Source: Candidatus Dadabacteria bacterium (lineage in GTDB: Bacteria > Desulfobacterota_D > UBA1144 > Nemesobacterales > CSP1-2). From it: 64,000 bases of DNA. The notes below the pieces were generated by a model, which saw nothing but the letters and a program-made list of their open reading frames with translations, did no database searches and was not told the DNA's origin. The position numbers and the translations under genes were made by a program. Of this stretch, positions 20,444-33,069 are shown in pieces. The stretch is taken from NCBI GenBank assembly GCA_963805855.1, contig CAWDVW010000006.1, positions 224,001 through 288,000 of the forward strand. The letters are read 5' to 3'. Position 1 is the stretch's first letter. Every line of letters begins with the position of its first letter.

Positions 20444-21497
20444 TTAATTTTCGCCCCTTTTTCTGAAAATGGAAACCTTGTGAAGAATCCAGCACACGCT
20501 GAAGGTCAAGCCGCTATAGACATAATATAGCCAATGTGTAGGGATAGAAAATATCATAAACTCTAAATCCCCTTTTCTGAAGAAAGAACCTGTACAATTT
20601 CCAATTTAGAATCGCAAGTGTGATGAATATAACCAGTGCAATCGTAATTAGAGTTCCGCTGAAACCTGTATTAAGAAAATTCACGGCGTTCAAAAATAAG
20701 AGGGCTGCAATTAATAAGAGTAAACCAACTAAAAAGGCGCTTATCCTATGAGAAATTTTTAGATTTAGATCTTGGGGTATTGACCCAAGTTCCAGGATTA
20801 ATCTTGACCACGGTACCGCACGATGAATTATATCGCTTCTTAACCAGTTAAGCCAACTCCAGTGTTTGAGATGCTTTACCTGCAATTCTTTATCTAGCAG
20901 TATCCTATGTCCCGTCTTTGCTAATGATATTCCCAACTCTATGTCTTCTATTGAGGCTCGAGTATAACGATGTCCATTAAAGCCGCCTGATTGGAAATAT
21001 ACTTCTCTACTAACAGCTCCACATCCTGCCCAAAAAGTCTTAGCTTCTTCATTGGAATCCTGGTGAATAAAGTGATGGAATAGATTCCGGAATTGAGATA
21101 AGAAGTCCGGAGGAGCAGGCGAATCATCATATGAGCCGAAGACGGCAACAATACCCTGATTATTGGTGAAATCTGATGCTACTCGTGAAATTGTATCTTG
21201 TTTAACCAGAATATCTGAGTCGATGAATAAAAGGATTTCGCCTTTTGCTATTTGGGCACCATGGTTGCGCGCGGTAGCCGGGCCCGACCGCTCTGATAAT
21301 CGAAGAGATGTAACTTTTTTGTTTTCTAAGATCTTGGGAGTATCGTCTGTCGAAGCGTCATCGACAACTATAATCTCATAATTTTCATACGAAGATGCCC
21401 TTAAACTATCTAGGCACTGCCCAATATGTTTGCTGCCATTGTATACTGGAACAATGACCGATATGAGGGGTTTTTCATCCAACTTAAGTTCCGTCAT
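20444..21497 (-). CDS. GT2 glycosyltransferase with C-terminal TM helices (frameshift near 20570)
   Basis: ISVIVPVYN, VDDASTD, FIDSD, IEDIELG; tail HWLYYVYSG continues in another frame. Confidence 0.85.
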
Positions 21498-21653
21498 GCG
21501 TATACTTGTTTACAGTTTATTATATTGAACGATTATCCAACTGGCGAATTCCCTGCTGTTGCTAAGGGTCATTCGCTTGCTAATAGCACTTACTTGTGAC
21601 GAAGGATGGGAAATCTAGTCTATGTCCCCAATTTTGGATAGACAGAATTCGAG

Positions 21654-22206
21654 AATCTCCTCCCCCTATACCTATAGGGGGAGGATTAAGGTGGGGGTAA
21701 TGTGGTATTTGCCCTTCGATTTACCCGGGGCAACCTCGGAAATTGAAGCGATCTCATAACCCGTCATTCCCAAATGCTACTCGATAGACTTGTCCTCGAA
21801 AGTATTTATCGGCGAAACATTCGAGCACAGGCTTTACTGGGAATCCATGTCTTTGTCCCTGGATCCCGGACTATCCATAACAAATACCGTCATCAATAAG
21901 GATAGGCGGGTTTTCCAACCCCGCATCGGAGAAAACATAAGGAATGGAAATCTAACCTGTCCTAGGCCCTGAGCGTGACGCAGGGTCGAAGGAAGGTTTC
22001 TACTACATTCATGATAGGCCAGCCAGTCCGTTTGACAACCTAAACACAAGGCTACACGCCTGTTGTATCGCGTATTTCTCGACAGAAACGGTCGAGCACA
22101 AGTGTAAGCCAGAATTTCCTTGCTCTGTCATTCCCAATGACTTTATTGGGGATCCATGCTTACTTCTATTCCGTCTTTATGAGGAGTTCTATCCCGAAGC
22201 AATCTC
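21654..22206. repeat. Cluster of REP-like palindromic repeats
   Basis: 47-bp repeat 21654-21700; GTCATTCCC..GGGAATCCA; GATAGGCGGGTTTTCCAACCCCGC 21901-21924; GTCTTT..GAAGCAATCTC 22173-22206. Confidence 0.7.
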
Positions 22207-22435
22207 CTTTTTTCCCCTGTCTCGGATTCCCTCCTCCCCTTCAATTCTTCGATAGTTCGCTCTTTCGTCATTGCTCAAGACTTACTAGTAAGGACCTATG
22301 GCTTCCTGCGGCAACTGCGGTAGCTTAGTGCTGGTAACCAACGTGCCACACTCAAACTATACCATAGCTTGGCAGACTTGAGATCAGAAGATAAGCACTT
22401 GTAATAGCCTAAGAATTATTTCAGAATTACTGAGC

Positions 22436-23320
22436 ATGAGTTTGGTTGTTGTACTTATCAATTGGCACGATGAAGAACAGACGCTTCGATGCACACGCAA
22501 TTTACGGAGCTGGCAAACCCTCAAGCCAGAAATACTCGTTGTGGATAACCAATCGACAGAAGCCTCCTCAGAAAAGTTGCGGCATGAACTGACCGCGGAA
22601 GAGTTGATTTGTAGTCCAGTAAATCGTGGATATGGTGGAGGCAACAATCTAGGGATAGAACAAGCGCTCGGGAAGAAGAAGGACTACATCCTTCTTTTGA
22701 ACACGGATGCTGAAATTTCTGAAGCCGGTGTGACGCTATTATTAGAAAGGCTGAAGGCATATCCAGATATCTCTATTCTGGGACCGGTAATCTTCGAACG
22801 CCAAAAAAACCATATGCGCTGTCTGATTGGAGGAAGAGATATCGCGAGACATCAAAACACCAGGATTGTTGCAGAACCCAATGGATTAAAAGCCATCGCT
22901 GGCTATCCGCTACTCGAAGTTGACTATGTCTTGGGTACGGTGTTTCTGACGCGTCGTGCGCTCTTCGAAGAAATTGGCCTGCTGGATGAGCGGTATTTTT
23001 TTAGTGGAGAAATCGCTGATTTTTGTAAAAGAGCGAGAAACGAGGGGCACAGGGCTTGTACCGATCTGGAGGTACATGCATACCACAACACCAACAAAAC
23101 CCCATTACAGCTACGAGATTCTTTGTACCTGTACTACAGCTTGCGCAACCGATTCTTATACATTAAGAAGCACTACCCCCGAGAAAAGTTCAGGTATTTC
23201 TCCTACTGGATTGTAGCATGCGGGCTGAAACTTGCGTACGCTATGATGAGAGGGAAGACTGCCAAAGCAAGAGCTATTCTTATGGCCTTAGAGCATGCCT
23301 TGATCGAACAAGTTCGGTGA
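22436..23320 (+). CDS. GT2 glycosyltransferase
   Basis: VVDNQS, NRGYGGGNN, LLNTDA, RNR motifs. Confidence 0.85.
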   Translation: MSLVVVLINWHDEEQTLRCTRNLRSWQTLKPEILVVDNQSTEASSEKLRHELTAEELICSPVNRGYGGGNNLGIEQALGKKKDYILLLNTDAEISEAGVTLLLERLKAYPDISILGPVIFERQKNHMRCLIGGRDIARHQNTRIVAEPNGLKAIAGYPLLEVDYVLGTVFLTRRALFEEIGLLDERYFFSGEIADFCKRARNEGHRACTDLEVHAYHNTNKTPLQLRDSLYLYYSLRNRFLYIKKHYPREKFRYFSYWIVACGLKLAYAMMRGKTAKARAILMALEHALIEQVR

Positions 23321-23377
23321 CCAGAATCAAAAATTCATTTAAGCCGTGGGATCGCACTTTCAATTGAACGGTATGCA

Positions 23378-23864
23378 ATGGCTTGGTGGTTGTCTGGATG
23401 TGGGGAGGGAAAAAAATGTGCGTCCTTATATAGAAGAGAATTTTTAGTTAAGACCGGAGGTTTCGACCCAGATTTCTTCGCTTACCTGGAGGATGTTGAT
23501 CTGGGTTTGCGAGGCAGGTTGTTGGGGTATCGCTATCTCTACCTACCGACTGCAAAAGTACTCCATAAGAGCCATGGTTCGGGTATTCGATTTTGCTGAT
23601 TACGTGAAACTGGTAACCAGGAATAGACTCCTGTTATTTGCTAAGAATGTTCCATATCCCTTATTATTCAAACACGCGCTGAAGCTGCTATACGGACAGC
23701 TTTATTTTTTTATCATCTATGCTCACCCACTGGCTTCGCTGAAGGGATATTGGTCTTTTATCATCAATCTGCCAGAAACGATGAAGAAAAGAAGAAAACA
23801 GATGAAAAACATAAAAATCGATCAAGCTGAAATTAGCTCGATTATTCACACAAGGACTCCGTGA
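23378..23864 (+). pseudogene. C-terminal GT2 fragment with frameshift
   Basis: GGFDPDFFAYLEDVDLG then RNRLLL in another frame; no N-terminal domain. Confidence 0.75.
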
Positions 23865-23957
23865 TCCTGCTCTATCGTGTCTCATCAGAGGCTTACGTGA
23901 CGGGCATCTTTAGCAAGTTGAAATAATCGAAAATATTTTAATGTCTAGTTAATTATC

Positions 23958-25045
23958 ATGTCGATTTTGTATTTATTAACATTTCCTGAGCCGTTACTAG
24001 AAGGCACGGATGCGGTATGGCAGGATGTCGAAGCGCTGCAGAAAGCTTTCGGCGGAGCGAGGATAAACCTGTTTCCATTTAAAAAACCGAGGAGATTTCT
24101 TCCCGTTTCTCTTTACGGCTTGCACCAATTAAATCTATAAGGAGCCAAGAGAACAACCAATTAAAAATCAATCATATTTTCGTTCCGACTCTGCATTATC
24201 TTCCTGTATTTTACTTCATGAAAAATCCTATCGTTTACACGGTGGGCGCGAGTCTGCAAAAACAAAGAAAACCCCTTAACATTAATAGACTAAATAGTTT
24301 GCACCGTATTGTAATATCCAACGAAAGAGATCAACAGATCTTGGAATCCTGGGGGATTAAGAATTATTCTATCATTACCCCTGGTATCGACACTTCAGGT
24401 TTTTCTCCATATCCACTTCCGTTAGAAAGGGAGCTGACCCTCTTAATGGCTTCGGCTCCGTGGGACAAAGCCCAGTTCGACTCCAAGGGCATAGATCTGC
24501 TCCTGGAAACAGCCGCAAAATTACCCTATCTGAAATTGATTCTAATATGGCGCGGCCGGTTGTATGAAGAGCTACTAAAAAAGATACGCCATCATGGAAT
24601 CATACGTAAGGTAGAGGTTATCAATCAAAAAGTTAATGTTAATGATTACTTAAAAAAAGCTCATGCTACTATATTATTGGCTAAACATCCCAAGCTGGTA
24701 AAATCATTTCCACATTCATTGATAGAGTCTTTAGCCGCTGGCAAACCGGTTATTGTGAGCAAAACCATTCCAATGGCGGATTATGTCACGAAGCATAGTT
24801 GCGGGGTAGTGGTTGAGGAACTGCGAATGGAATCACTCACTGAGTCCTTAAAATTGTTGATGAACCAATATCAGTCCTTGGCGCACCATACCAACCAAAT
24901 TCGAGCGCAAGATTTTTCGCTCGAGCAAATGATCGACCAATATCGTAGATTATATCGCTTAAAAATATGCAATTACATATATGCCATTTCGAGTTATCCT
25001 ATAAAAACAGGAGAAAGGAGGCAGCATGAGCTGGCAGCGGGATGA
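23958..25045 (+). CDS. GT4 glycosyltransferase (frameshift near 24135)
   Basis: KGIDLL, SFPHSLIESLAAGKPVI; N-terminal ORF 23958-24140 joins by one-base shift. Confidence 0.8.
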
Positions 25046-25977
25046 CATTATCCAAAAACGTGCCGAACTTATCCAACGCTATGGAGAATGGTGGGATAAC
25101 TTCGAGTTGGCCGAAGGGATTTGGACACAAGCACCATCACATTCGCCCAACCCTCGGGTGGTAAAGATCATACAAATCGCCAGCGATCTTACCAAGAAAC
25201 CGTTGTCACATTGCCGGGTTTTAGACTTGGCCTGCGCCAATGGACATTTTTCGTTGGAATTTGCATTGCGCGGAGCCTCGCGTACTCGGGGTCGAGGGGC
25301 GGGAGGCCAATATTCAAAAAGCTCTCTTTGCGAAAGAAGTTTTCGGACTGGACAACCTAACCTTCATGCAGGAGGATGTTCGGGCGATCTCTAAGGAGCG
25401 ATTCGGCGAATTTGACATCATCGTATGCAGCGGTATTTTGTATCACCTGCCCGGCGATAGCCAGGGCGAATTCATCCAGTGCCTCTACGATATGACAACC
25501 CATATGGTTATCGTGGATACCCATGTTGCTCTTTCCAGTGACGCGTCAATCAGGTACCAGGATGCAACGTATTACGGTACATATTATCGTGAGCACCTGA
25601 GGCATGATAACACGGAAACCAAATACCAGCGTGTGCGTTCCTCGCTTGAGAATGACACCAGCTTCTGGTTGACCCGCCCGTCGCTGGTGAATATGCTGAC
25701 TCACGTGGGTTTTTCGTCTATCCACGAATGTTTTAATCCACCCGTCAAGGGGACGAAGGACCGTTGTACGTTCATCGGGATAAAGGGAACTCCAGTGGAA
25801 TTGAAGACGTTTCCGGTGGTCGTACCGCAAAATCCAGACTGGCAGGAAGGCGAGTTGACCTACGCCAACGAATCCAATCTAAAAAAGCTACTGCGATGGC
25901 ACCTTGAAGACTGGCTTGACCGCACTGGCTTGCTGAACTGGTTACTGGCTCTGCTGAAAAAGATAGGCAGAAGATAA
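25026..25977 (+). CDS. Class I SAM-dependent methyltransferase (frameshift near 25280)
   Basis: VLDLACANG in first frame, VLGVEGR..FDIIVCSGILYHL in second. Confidence 0.82.
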
Positions 25978-26125
25978 CTCCAAACCTCGATACGTCTGAG
26001 CCCTTGTTCTGTACCGATTAATAACTAAATAGTGTCTGGAACCCACTAGCTAAGGGAATTCGGGGGCTGGCTTGTAATTTCAATTTCGACCAGAAACTAA
26101 AGGCGATTTAATGCAATCAACACCC

Positions 26126-27004
26126 TTAAGATAAGGTGCTCGAGAGTCGATTGATGATATACATCGCAAGACAATGCGTAACGTATTCTTTCCCACCACC
26201 CGCTGCCGGTTCGCAATAAAGCGCTTCCAAGACTTGTCGGTCGTCGTTGGAAAGCGATGATCCGTAAATGCGCATGAATTCTATAGCCTGATTCATCATA
26301 AGCTGGAACTGACCGGTTTTAAAACGGTGGATTTTGGTTCTCCATTTGTCTAAAAATCCGAACTGGATTCCGAAAGCGTTGGAATCGTGAATTCGGTAAA
26401 GGATTCTAGATTCCTCATCATAGATGAGATTGCCAAAGCAGACAGAACCAAATATATCCACCAATCATGACAATACACTTGGTCAGGGAATTCGTGAAGG
26501 AGCTGGCGTGATGCCTTATTTAAAAGAATGGTACAACCCAACCCCTGCGGACATTCGAGGATTGCATTGCGGAATGATAGTCCATTTCTCGTAAGGTCGG
26601 TATACCCTAGAAATTTCAAGTTTTTGTCTACGACAGTGAGCCGGAGCAGTACATCATCGGTGTGTCTAGTGGGTAGTGGCTCAGCTAATTCAACTGCCCT
26701 GGAAACCTTGTCCTTTTGCCACACGTCGTCTTGATCGCACAAAGCAAGGTAGTCGGCATCAGGCGACGAAATCTCCAGAAGCTTAAAAAAACTCTGTGCA
26801 AACCCAACATGTGCGCCGAGGGACAACCCTTATATTCGTGTGCGCAGAAGCGTATTCATTGAGCAGGTCGAGTGTACCATCATTAGAACCATCGTCTCTC
26901 ACAAGAATCTCGACATGGGGATAATCCTGAGCCAGAAGACTTTCCATAAGAGGTTTGAGATATTTAATCCCGTTATATGTGGATAAAAGGATTTGAACCA
27001 TCAT
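26126..27004 (-). CDS. GT2 glycosyltransferase, rhamnosyltransferase-like (several frameshifts)
   Basis: ILLSTYNG, RDDGSND, LCDQDDVW, GCT, HDWW split over three ORFs. Confidence 0.8.
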
Positions 27005-27009
27005 ATATC

Positions 27010-27190
27010 TCACAAAAAGACGTCGTCAACGGAAAGGGCAAAGCCGGGCGGGAGGGAGGTCTGAGCCAGCAGCCTGGCCGGACCCGTAGTTCCCAAAGAA
27101 AGCATACGTGCCTTCCCATAGCAAATAAACCTCGATAGCTCGCTCTTCTGGCTCTACCATCCAATACTCACGCACTCCTGCTTTGGCATG
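27010..27190 (-). pseudogene. C-terminal remnant of Uma2 (DUF820) family endonuclease
   Basis: Manual translation: AKAGVREYWMVEPEERAIEVY...GSDL / PGFALSVDDVFL*. Confidence 0.75.
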
Positions 27191-27294
27191 TTTGAAAATT
27201 AAAATAATCCTCAGGAGATTTATTCCGCTTTATAGCTAAACGAAATAATTTAAATATAAAGTTCGTCATTGGATCTACCAATATTAGTCAATTT

Positions 27295-28245
27295 TTAGTC
27301 TAAGTCGCGGGCCACGTAAATTTGGTCAATATGCATAAAACGACGTACATACCATATAGCAAGAGTGCCCATCACAAAATCAATGCACATTGTTACCACT
27401 CGAATTGCTAACGGCAGTACGATTGCAATTGGTGGACTAACAACCGTCCCCAACATACCGAACATCACGACTTCACGAATGCCGAGTCCGGCCGGAGTAA
27501 TTACGGCCACAAAACCTATCGCATCTGCAAGAAGAAAGGATGCTGCAACAGGAAAAATATTCTTGAAATTCCAGGACTCTCCAATACCCATTGCAATGAA
27601 ATAACCAGAAATTCCAAACAGTAAAATTACCAACAAATACCAGCACTGAATTGCAACCATGTCTGTGGTCCGAATCTTTATTGGCTCGAACTGTCTAGCA
27701 AAAGACCGATTAATATGGGTGACTGCAAAGTTAATGGTCGTCGCCCCTCCAAACACCAAAATAATGTAGCCGAGGAGTACTAACACAAACAATCCGATTG
27801 CGAAGCCCTTGGGCAAAACGGTACTATCAAGCGATAAATAACCAAGCCCAGCAACAGCTGACAATGCCAAATGTGACACTATCATAATAAGATTGACCGA
27901 AACAACCTGCATCTTGGGAATGCGGCGTCGAGAAAGCCAGTACATCTGCAACCCAAAAGACCAAACCTTACCGGGAATATACTTGGTTAGTTGAGAGACG
28001 TTAAATATCCCGAAACTCTCACTGAATGTCAATTTCTTTCCGGTTACGAGCCTAACGGTCTTTAGCCAGGACCAAGTTGTAACTAACAAAGAAGCGCAAA
28101 AAAAACAACCTCCAAGAATGAAATATGGCCAGCGGAGTTTAAAATGCGCCCCCGAGAACTGCTCCCAATTGGATTGCATTTCACGCCAAAAAAAAATGCA
28201 GACTGCGACCATCAACAGAATAAAAATAGAGTTACGCATATTCAT
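27295..28245 (-). CDS. Lysylphosphatidylglycerol synthase TM / flippase-like protein
   Basis: KYIPGKVW, PAGLGIRE, multiple TM helices. Confidence 0.8.
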   Translation of the reverse strand: MNMRNSIFILLMVAVCIFFWREMQSNWEQFSGAHFKLRWPYFILGGCFFCASLLVTTWSWLKTVRLVTGKKLTFSESFGIFNVSQLTKYIPGKVWSFGLQMYWLSRRRIPKMQVVSVNLIMIVSHLALSAVAGLGYLSLDSTVLPKGFAIGLFVLVLLGYIILVFGGATTINFAVTHINRSFARQFEPIKIRTTDMVAIQCWYLLVILLFGISGYFIAMGIGESWNFKNIFPVAASFLLADAIGFVAVITPAGLGIREVVMFGMLGTVVSPPIAIVLPLAIRVVTMCIDFVMGTLAIWYVRRFMHIDQIYVARDLD

Positions 28246-28923
28246 TTACACTTTCCGAGTTCGCAGAATATATATATTGGTTGGTGACAACCAAGAAAGC
28301 CATCGCCATGCTGGCAGCCTTACTGAAACATCACTTCTAAAAAGTTGGGGGTTGTTAAGTATCTCCGTTGTATAGTCACGGAATTCAAGTCCAGCTGACT
28401 TAATTACATTTTGCATATCCCAAAAATAATTTAGCTTGATTCGCTCATCTGCTCCTGTCAAAAAACGCATTATCCGCTCGTATGCACGCATTGGAAGATA
28501 ATTGATAAACGGAATCTTGGCAAATGGTTCAAACGGAAATGCCCTGTTCGGATCTGCCAGATAGCAAACACCGGTTGGCTTGAGAACCCGCCGAACTTCT
28601 TCGAGTTCATGTTTCTGATCTGCCACTAAGTACAATGCATGATTAAGAATAACAATATCGAATGTTGAATCTTCAAATGGAATATTCACTCCAGTCAGCT
28701 TCACAAATTTTAACTGGGGTTCGTCAACGCAAAGCTGATTTTCAATGTCCGACGCAATAACTTTGTTCGTTTTCGCAAAATACCCGGCAATATGTCCACT
28801 CCCAGAACCAATATCGAGAATAGTTAACCCACTGATTTCATCCATCTCTAGGGCATCGCAAAGAACTGCGGCAATCTTTTTCGCCTTCGAGTCGCGGTTT
28901 TCCGTTGTGGCAAAACCTCTCAT
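28246..28923 (-). CDS. Class I SAM-dependent methyltransferase
   Basis: [25 protein letters not shown]. Confidence 0.85.
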   Translation of the reverse strand: MRGFATTENRDSKAKKIAAVLCDALEMDEISGLTILDIGSGSGHIAGYFAKTNKVIASDIENQLCVDEPQLKFVKLTGVNIPFEDSTFDIVILNHALYLVADQKHELEEVRRVLKPTGVCYLADPNRAFPFEPFAKIPFINYLPMRAYERIMRFLTGADERIKLNYFWDMQNVIKSAGLEFRDYTTEILNNPQLFRSDVSVRLPAWRWLSWLSPTNIYILRTRKV

Positions 28924-30017
28924 TGCTTTGCACCAAATTCATTGATGGCCTCAGCGACCGCAAAAATGTCGTCCTGAGTATGGAAATACGATATGGGCAG
29001 ACTTAGCGTCGTTGAATGGATCTCGTCGGCAATTGGAAAGTCGTAGCGGTCCAAATAGCCTTGTAGAGCCTTTTGCTTTGCCGGCGCGACCGGGTAATGA
29101 ATAGCTGTCTTTATCCCTCGAGTAAGGAGGTAGTCTCTCAATGCATCTCGGCGAGGATGACGAACGTTAAAAATGTGGTAGACATCATGATAATCACAAT
29201 GGTACACGGGCTTGATAACGGAATCACCTAATACGTCAAAGTATCTCTTGGCGAGGGAACGCTTATGTTCATTAATTGCATTAAGATATTGTAATTTAAT
29301 GGACAAAAATCCAGCCTGAACTTCGTCCAGACGGGAATTATAACCAACCACCTCGTTATGATATTTGATTTTGGACCCATAGTTTCTGTACATTCGGATT
29401 AATTTATCGATATCCGGATCGTCGGTTGTAACCGCCCCCGCATCACCTAGGGCGCCAAGATTCTTGGTCGGATAAAAACTGAAAGCATTGCAGTGCCCAA
29501 AGGAACCCGCCTTTTTACTACGATACATTGCGCCATGTGCGTGGGCGCAGTCTTCGATCACCGTCAGCCCTTTAGATTTGGCAATCCCAAGAATAGGGTC
29601 CATGTCACAAACCTTGCCATACAAATGAACCACCATGATTGCAACGGTTCTGCTGGAAATGGAGGAATCAATCTTATTGGGGTCAATATTGTAGGTAATG
29701 ATGTCTGGCTCAACGAGTATCGGTTTCAAGCCGGCCTGTAAAATTGCCAGAATAGTGGCGATATAGGTATTAGAAGGAACAATGACTTCCGAATCACGTC
29801 TAAAGCCAAACGCTTTTAGGGATAACACTATTGCATCAAGTCCAGAGGCTACTCCGATGCAATACTTTGCGCCGCAGTAAGATGCAAATTCTCGCTCAAA
29901 CTTTTCGACATTGCCGCCCAACACATACCAACCGCTTTCCAGGGTTGCCCTAAAGCTATTCTTTAATTGTTCAAAAAAAGGCTCATTCACTTTTTTTAAG
30001 TTTTCATATTCTATCAT
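28920..30017 (-). CDS. DegT/DnrJ family sugar aminotransferase (FdtB/QdtB-like)
   Basis: [29 protein letters not shown]. Confidence 0.9.
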   Translation of the reverse strand: MIEYENLKKVNEPFFEQLKNSFRATLESGWYVLGGNVEKFEREFASYCGAKYCIGVASGLDAIVLSLKAFGFRRDSEVIVPSNTYIATILAILQAGLKPILVEPDIITYNIDPNKIDSSISSRTVAIMVVHLYGKVCDMDPILGIAKSKGLTVIEDCAHAHGAMYRSKKAGSFGHCNAFSFYPTKNLGALGDAGAVTTDDPDIDKLIRMYRNYGSKIKYHNEVVGYNSRLDEVQAGFLSIKLQYLNAINEHKRSLAKRYFDVLGDSVIKPVYHCDYHDVYHIFNVRHPRRDALRDYLLTRGIKTAIHYPVAPAKQKALQGYLDRYDFPIADEIHSTTLSLPISYFHTQDDIFAVAEAINEFGAKQ

Positions 30018-30379
30018 CTGTACTTCTCATAAATATAATCGTTTGGATCAAACAACTCTGAAGCGAGAACCATTAATATCGCGTCAGGGGTAAAATCATG
30101 CATCTGATGCCAATCTTTCGGTTCTAGGAGCAGGCACTTGGAGGGTTTATTCAGCTCAAATATTTCTCTATGAGATCCGTCGTCATTGGAAACAATACAG
30201 CGACCCTGTATGCAAATTGCAGCCTGATAAGTTTTATGATGTCTGTGTCCTCCTCTCACCGAGTTATCTACCCCATAAATATAAAAAATTCGTCTAATAT
30301 CAAAAGGCAATACTTTTTCAATTACGGTTAAATTACCACGCGCATCCGTAAAAGTTTTCAGATCTATCATCTTGGCCAT
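30014..30379 (-). CDS. FdtA/QdtA family dTDP-sugar 3,4-ketoisomerase
   Basis: DARGNL, RGGHRH, DWHQM, LVLAS. Confidence 0.88.
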   Translation of the reverse strand: MAKMIDLKTFTDARGNLTVIEKVLPFDIRRIFYIYGVDNSVRGGHRHHKTYQAAICIQGRCIVSNDDGSHREIFELNKPSKCLLLEPKDWHQMHDFTPDAILMVLASELFDPNDYIYEKYR

Positions 30380-30390
30380 TTTCTTATTTA

Positions 30391-31613
30391 TTACCTCCTC
30401 TCATGGCACCTTTCTAAATAATATTGCGCGATTGCATCCCAATTGAATCGATCCCTGATCAATTTCAGCGAATGATCGCCCATCTCCTTCATTTTATCGG
30501 GATTATCCAAAAGCTTTTTAACGCACTCCGCCAACTGTTGGGGATTCCTTTCATCATGAAGGTATCCGTTTATCCCATGGAAAATCACCAGATTATTTCC
30601 ACCGACATTGGATGCTATGATCGGTCTACCGCAAGCCATGGCTTCGGGCACAACAACGTTTAACCCATCCGAAGGGAGTCTTTCTGAAGGCATCAAGAAA
30701 ATATCGCATACCGAATAATATCTACTAAGCTCCTGAGGTGGTATTTCACCCACAAAGTGAACATACGATTCCGTGCAATCTCGCCTCAGTATGTCGAGGT
30801 AATCATTCTTGAGCGGCCCGTCTCCAACAACAACCAACCTTACATTTTTATTGTAATTCATTATATATTTTAACGACTGGAATGCCGTGGAAAAACCTTT
30901 TTTAGGAACAAAGCGTCCTATGAGTAACAAAACGATGTCGTCTTCGGATATTTCCAGCGCGCGTCTCAAGTCCGCTCTTTTATTTTCTGAAAAAAAGATT
31001 TTCTTGTCGTCAACCCCGTAAATAACAAGATCAATCTTGTTTTTCTCTATACCTGCACTTACCAGATCCTCTTTCAAATCGGTACTGTTACATGAGAGGT
31101 AATCGGATTTTGCGATCACTTTGGCAAAAATTCTGCCAATCCAACCCAATTTAGTTATGACCGTAACATCAGAACCGGGAAAAGAGGTAAATATCTTTGC
31201 TTGAGAACGCGAAAAAAACGTCCAAGGACAGCGATCAAGGTGTTGGGTACCGCCCAATGTGCATGAATCATATCATATTTATCTTTCCTCAAAAGGATGG
31301 ACAGCCTAATAATGCCAACTATCAACAAAAAGGGCATTAAAAACAAATCTTGAATATTAAACTCCAAATCAGATTTCATTGAATGCCCATACCCTATCGT
31401 ATGCAAGGATGTAATCGGCATATACTTGTAACTTACAATTTTTACTCCCTCACTATCTATTGAGCTGCGGTTAAAATGAATGGAAAAAGGAACAAGGACG
31501 TTTACGTCTCCACCATTTCGAGCATATGCCCTTGCAAGTGATTCGATAAAATTAGACCTCCAGTCTCCTTCGAATCTCGGGTAAGAATGAGTAATGATGC
31601 ATAGTTTAACCAT
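30391..31613 (-). CDS. GT4 glycosyltransferase (frameshift in A7 run near 31215)
   Basis: HSYPR, HAHWAVP; GRFVPKKG, EAMACGRP. Confidence 0.85.
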
Positions 31614-31723
31614 AGTTCTGATACGACAATCTTATGCCCGTGCAATGAACAAATCAAGGCAGTTAGGAATAAAAAGGGACTATATCATCAATAGGTATTT
31701 GAATATGCGAGTATTACAAAAGA

Positions 31724-32668
31724 CTATTTGTCCAACTCTATCTTTCTCACCCTATATTGCACATCCTCCATCAACCTCCTGTTCACTGCCTGCAAGTCGG
31801 CGAGAAAGGCGACAAGCATAGTCTGAAAGCCTATACCTAGAAAGATTGATGCTAGTATCAGCGATTGGATATGGCCTGCGGATTCATGTGTAAAATATAA
31901 AAATAAAAACCTCAGGCCGATCAAAAATCCAACAAAAAATAAGAGCAACCCAACCGACATAAAAAACCTAAATGGTTTGTAAACAACAAAAATACGAATG
32001 ATGGTCACAATCGACTTTCTTATATAACTCGGAATGCTCCTAACCAGGCGAGAAGGTCTTAAATCCTTATTCACACGAATAGGCACCGATGTAATAGCCA
32101 TATTCTTTTGACCAGCTTGAATGATTGTTTCCAGTGTATAAGTATACTCATTAAAAACGTTCAGACGCAGCGCGGCTTCCCGACTCATAGCACGGAATCC
32201 ACTCGAAGCGTCAGTAATGTCACTTCGACTCGTAATTCTCACGACCCAACTTCCTATTTTTTGCAAAAGTTTTTTCAGTGGAGAGAAATGCTCGATTTCG
32301 CTTATAGGTCTTGATCCAATAACGATTTCCGCTTTGCCGTCCAAAATCGGCTTAACGAGAGCGTTAATATCCGATGCGTTATACTGATTGTCGGCATCGG
32401 TATTGACTATTATGTCAGCATCCAGTTTTACACATGCATCCACCCCTGCAACAAACCCTTTAGCAAGACCCTGGTTTTTCGTGAAACTTACAATATGGTC
32501 TACTCCAAATGCCTTAGCCACATCGACAGTTTTGTCAGTGCTACCATCATTTATTACTAGCCACTCGATACAATCTACTCCAGTAAGTTTGCGGGGTAGT
32601 GAGGAAAGCGTAGTTCCCAAGGTAGTTTCCTCGTTATAACACGGTATTTGTATAATTAGTTTAATCAT
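31724..32668 (-). CDS. GT2 glycosyltransferase (polyprenol-phosphate type)
   Basis: IQIPCYNEE, NDGSTD, NTDADNQY, SGFRA; two C-terminal TMs. Confidence 0.9.
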   Translation of the reverse strand: MIKLIIQIPCYNEETTLGTTLSSLPRKLTGVDCIEWLVINDGSTDKTVDVAKAFGVDHIVSFTKNQGLAKGFVAGVDACVKLDADIIVNTDADNQYNASDINALVKPILDGKAEIVIGSRPISEIEHFSPLKKLLQKIGSWVVRITSRSDITDASSGFRAMSREAALRLNVFNEYTYTLETIIQAGQKNMAITSVPIRVNKDLRPSRLVRSIPSYIRKSIVTIIRIFVVYKPFRFFMSVGLLLFFVGFLIGLRFLFLYFTHESAGHIQSLILASIFLGIGFQTMLVAFLADLQAVNRRLMEDVQYRVRKIELDK

Positions 32669-33069
32669 GTATGAAATCTTCTAATGTCTGCCTGTTCTGG
32701 CCTTAAAATATTTTTAGGAGTCACCCATATTACCTAGCCTAAGCGGGAACAATATTCAAGTATCTACTATCGAGGTGTCTCCTGTCGACGACTCTACAGC
32801 AAAAATAGTTACCACAAAGGGTAGCCCCCGTGTTTTAATGCTAGCTCTTCGTGACTTACCAAAGTTTGTCGATTAGCACTCGCTACTGATATGCAGATGT
32901 ATGAAATGTCCAACAAATTCGCACCTATCGCGCGTGTAATCCTTAGGTAGTTAACAAATGCGAAAAATTACTTAGCTTGGATCACCGCGTAAAATTGTCG
33001 AACAGCGATCTGGTAGTCATGCATCAAAGCGTCGGCCACAGGCTTACCTGAATGTTCCCACCCTATTGG

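Noticed and set aside
22314-22330. ops-like GCGGTAGC upstream of the plus-strand GT genes
   Set aside because: Incomplete match to GGCGGTAGnnTG and no JUMPstart context
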